Shown here: positions 62,901-64,000 of the stretch, one piece after another
How the letters are laid out: every line of letters begins with the position of its first letter
Position numbering within the stretch: position 1 is the stretch's first letter
DNA from: Heptranchias perlo
Lineage: Eukaryota
DNA: 64,000 nucleotides
Reading direction: 5' to 3'
Assembly (NCBI RefSeq): GCF_035084215.1
Contig: NW_027138796.1
Span: forward strand, 1-64,000
Notes under the pieces: generated by a model
What the model saw: the letters and a program-made list of their open reading frames with translations, nothing else
What the model was told of the DNA's origin: nothing
Database searches by the model: none
Translations under genes and position numbers: made by a program

Positions 62901-64000
62901 GGGTCGGATTGATGGGGTCAGATTGATGGGCTCAGATTGATTGGCGTCTGATTGATGGGGGTCAGATTGATGAGGGTCTGATTGTGAGGGTCTGGTTGAT
63001 TGGGGTCGGATTGATGAGGGTCTGATTGATGGGGGTCTGATTGATTGGGGTCTGATTGATGAGGGTCTGATTGATTGGGGTCGGATTGATTGGGGTCGGA
63101 TTGATTGGGGTCGGATTGATGGGGGTCAGATTGATGAGGGTCTGATTGATTGGGGTCTGATTGATGGGGGTCTGATTGATGGCGGTCTGATGGATGGTGG
63201 TCTGATTGATGGGGTCTGATGGATGGGGGTCTGATTGATGGGGTCTGATTGATGGGGTTAGATTGATTGGCGTCTGATTGATGGGGTCGGATTGATGAGG
63301 GTCTGATTGATGGGGTCAGATTGATGGGGTCTGATTGATGAGGGTCTGATTGATGGGGTCAGATTGATTGGGGGCTGATAGATGCGGTCTGACTGATGAG
63401 GGGCTGATTGATGGGGGTCGGATTGATGGGGGTCAGATTGATGAGGGTCTGATTGATTGAGGTCTGATTGATGGGGGTCTGATTGATGGCGGTCTGATGG
63501 ATGGTGGTCTGATTGATGGGGTCTGATGGATGGGGGTCTGATTGATGGGGTCTAATTGATGGGGTCGGATTGATGAGGGTCTGATTGATGGGGTCAGATT
63601 GATGGGGTCGGATTGATGAGGGTCTGATTGATGGGGTCAGATTGATGGGGTCTGATTGATGAGGGTCTGATTGATGAGGGTCTGATTGATGAGGGTCTGA
63701 TTGATTGGGGTCAGATTGATTGGGGTCGGATTGATGGGGTCTGATTGATGGGGTCTGATTGATGAGGGTCTGATTGATTGGGGTCAGATTGATTGGGGTC
63801 GGATTGATGGGGTCTGATTGATGGGGTCGGATTAATGAGGGTCTGATTGATGGGGTCAGATTGATTGGGGTCGGATTGATGGGGTCTGATTGATGTGGGT
63901 TTGGTTGATGGGGTCTGATAGATGGGGTCTGATTGATGAGGGGCTGATTGATTGGGGTCGGATTGATGGGGGTCGGATTGATGGGGTCTGATTGATTGGG
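53995..64000. repeat. >10 kb GGGGTCTGATTGAT-family satellite (GAGGG/TCGG-rich variants), running off the right edge
   Basis: Tandem periodicity, same orientation as the arrays preceding copies B and C. Confidence 0.95.

Overview
Eukaryotic, repeat-saturated genomic DNA, probably from a shark or ray (inferred from HE1-like and DeuSINE/SacSINE1-like SINEs and CR1/L2-type LINE fragments). It holds a local array of at least four copies of one divergent alpha-tubulin gene. Copy A is on the minus strand (exons 1-3 in the window, running off the left edge). Copies B (10166-17210) and C (33432-37374) are intact 5-exon, 450-aa genes with identical proteins as far as I can align by eye. Copy D (44789-45798) is a partial copy next to an assembly gap with an 82-nt frameshifting deletion. 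A and B are head-to-head, and every visible promoter directly abuts a multi-kb 14-15 bp (GGGG[G]TCTGATTGAT)n satellite. Introns 1 and 3 contain copy-specific minisatellite expansions. The protein keeps MREC, K40, GGGTGSG, E254 and R402, but has a rewritten helix H11/H12 surface and a tail ending ...[12 protein letters not shown] with no terminal Tyr. The rest is a LINE/SINE cluster (37.7-44.6 kb), a gapped ~6.8 kb CT tract and more satellite. Nearly all long ORFs in the supplied track are translations of repeats.
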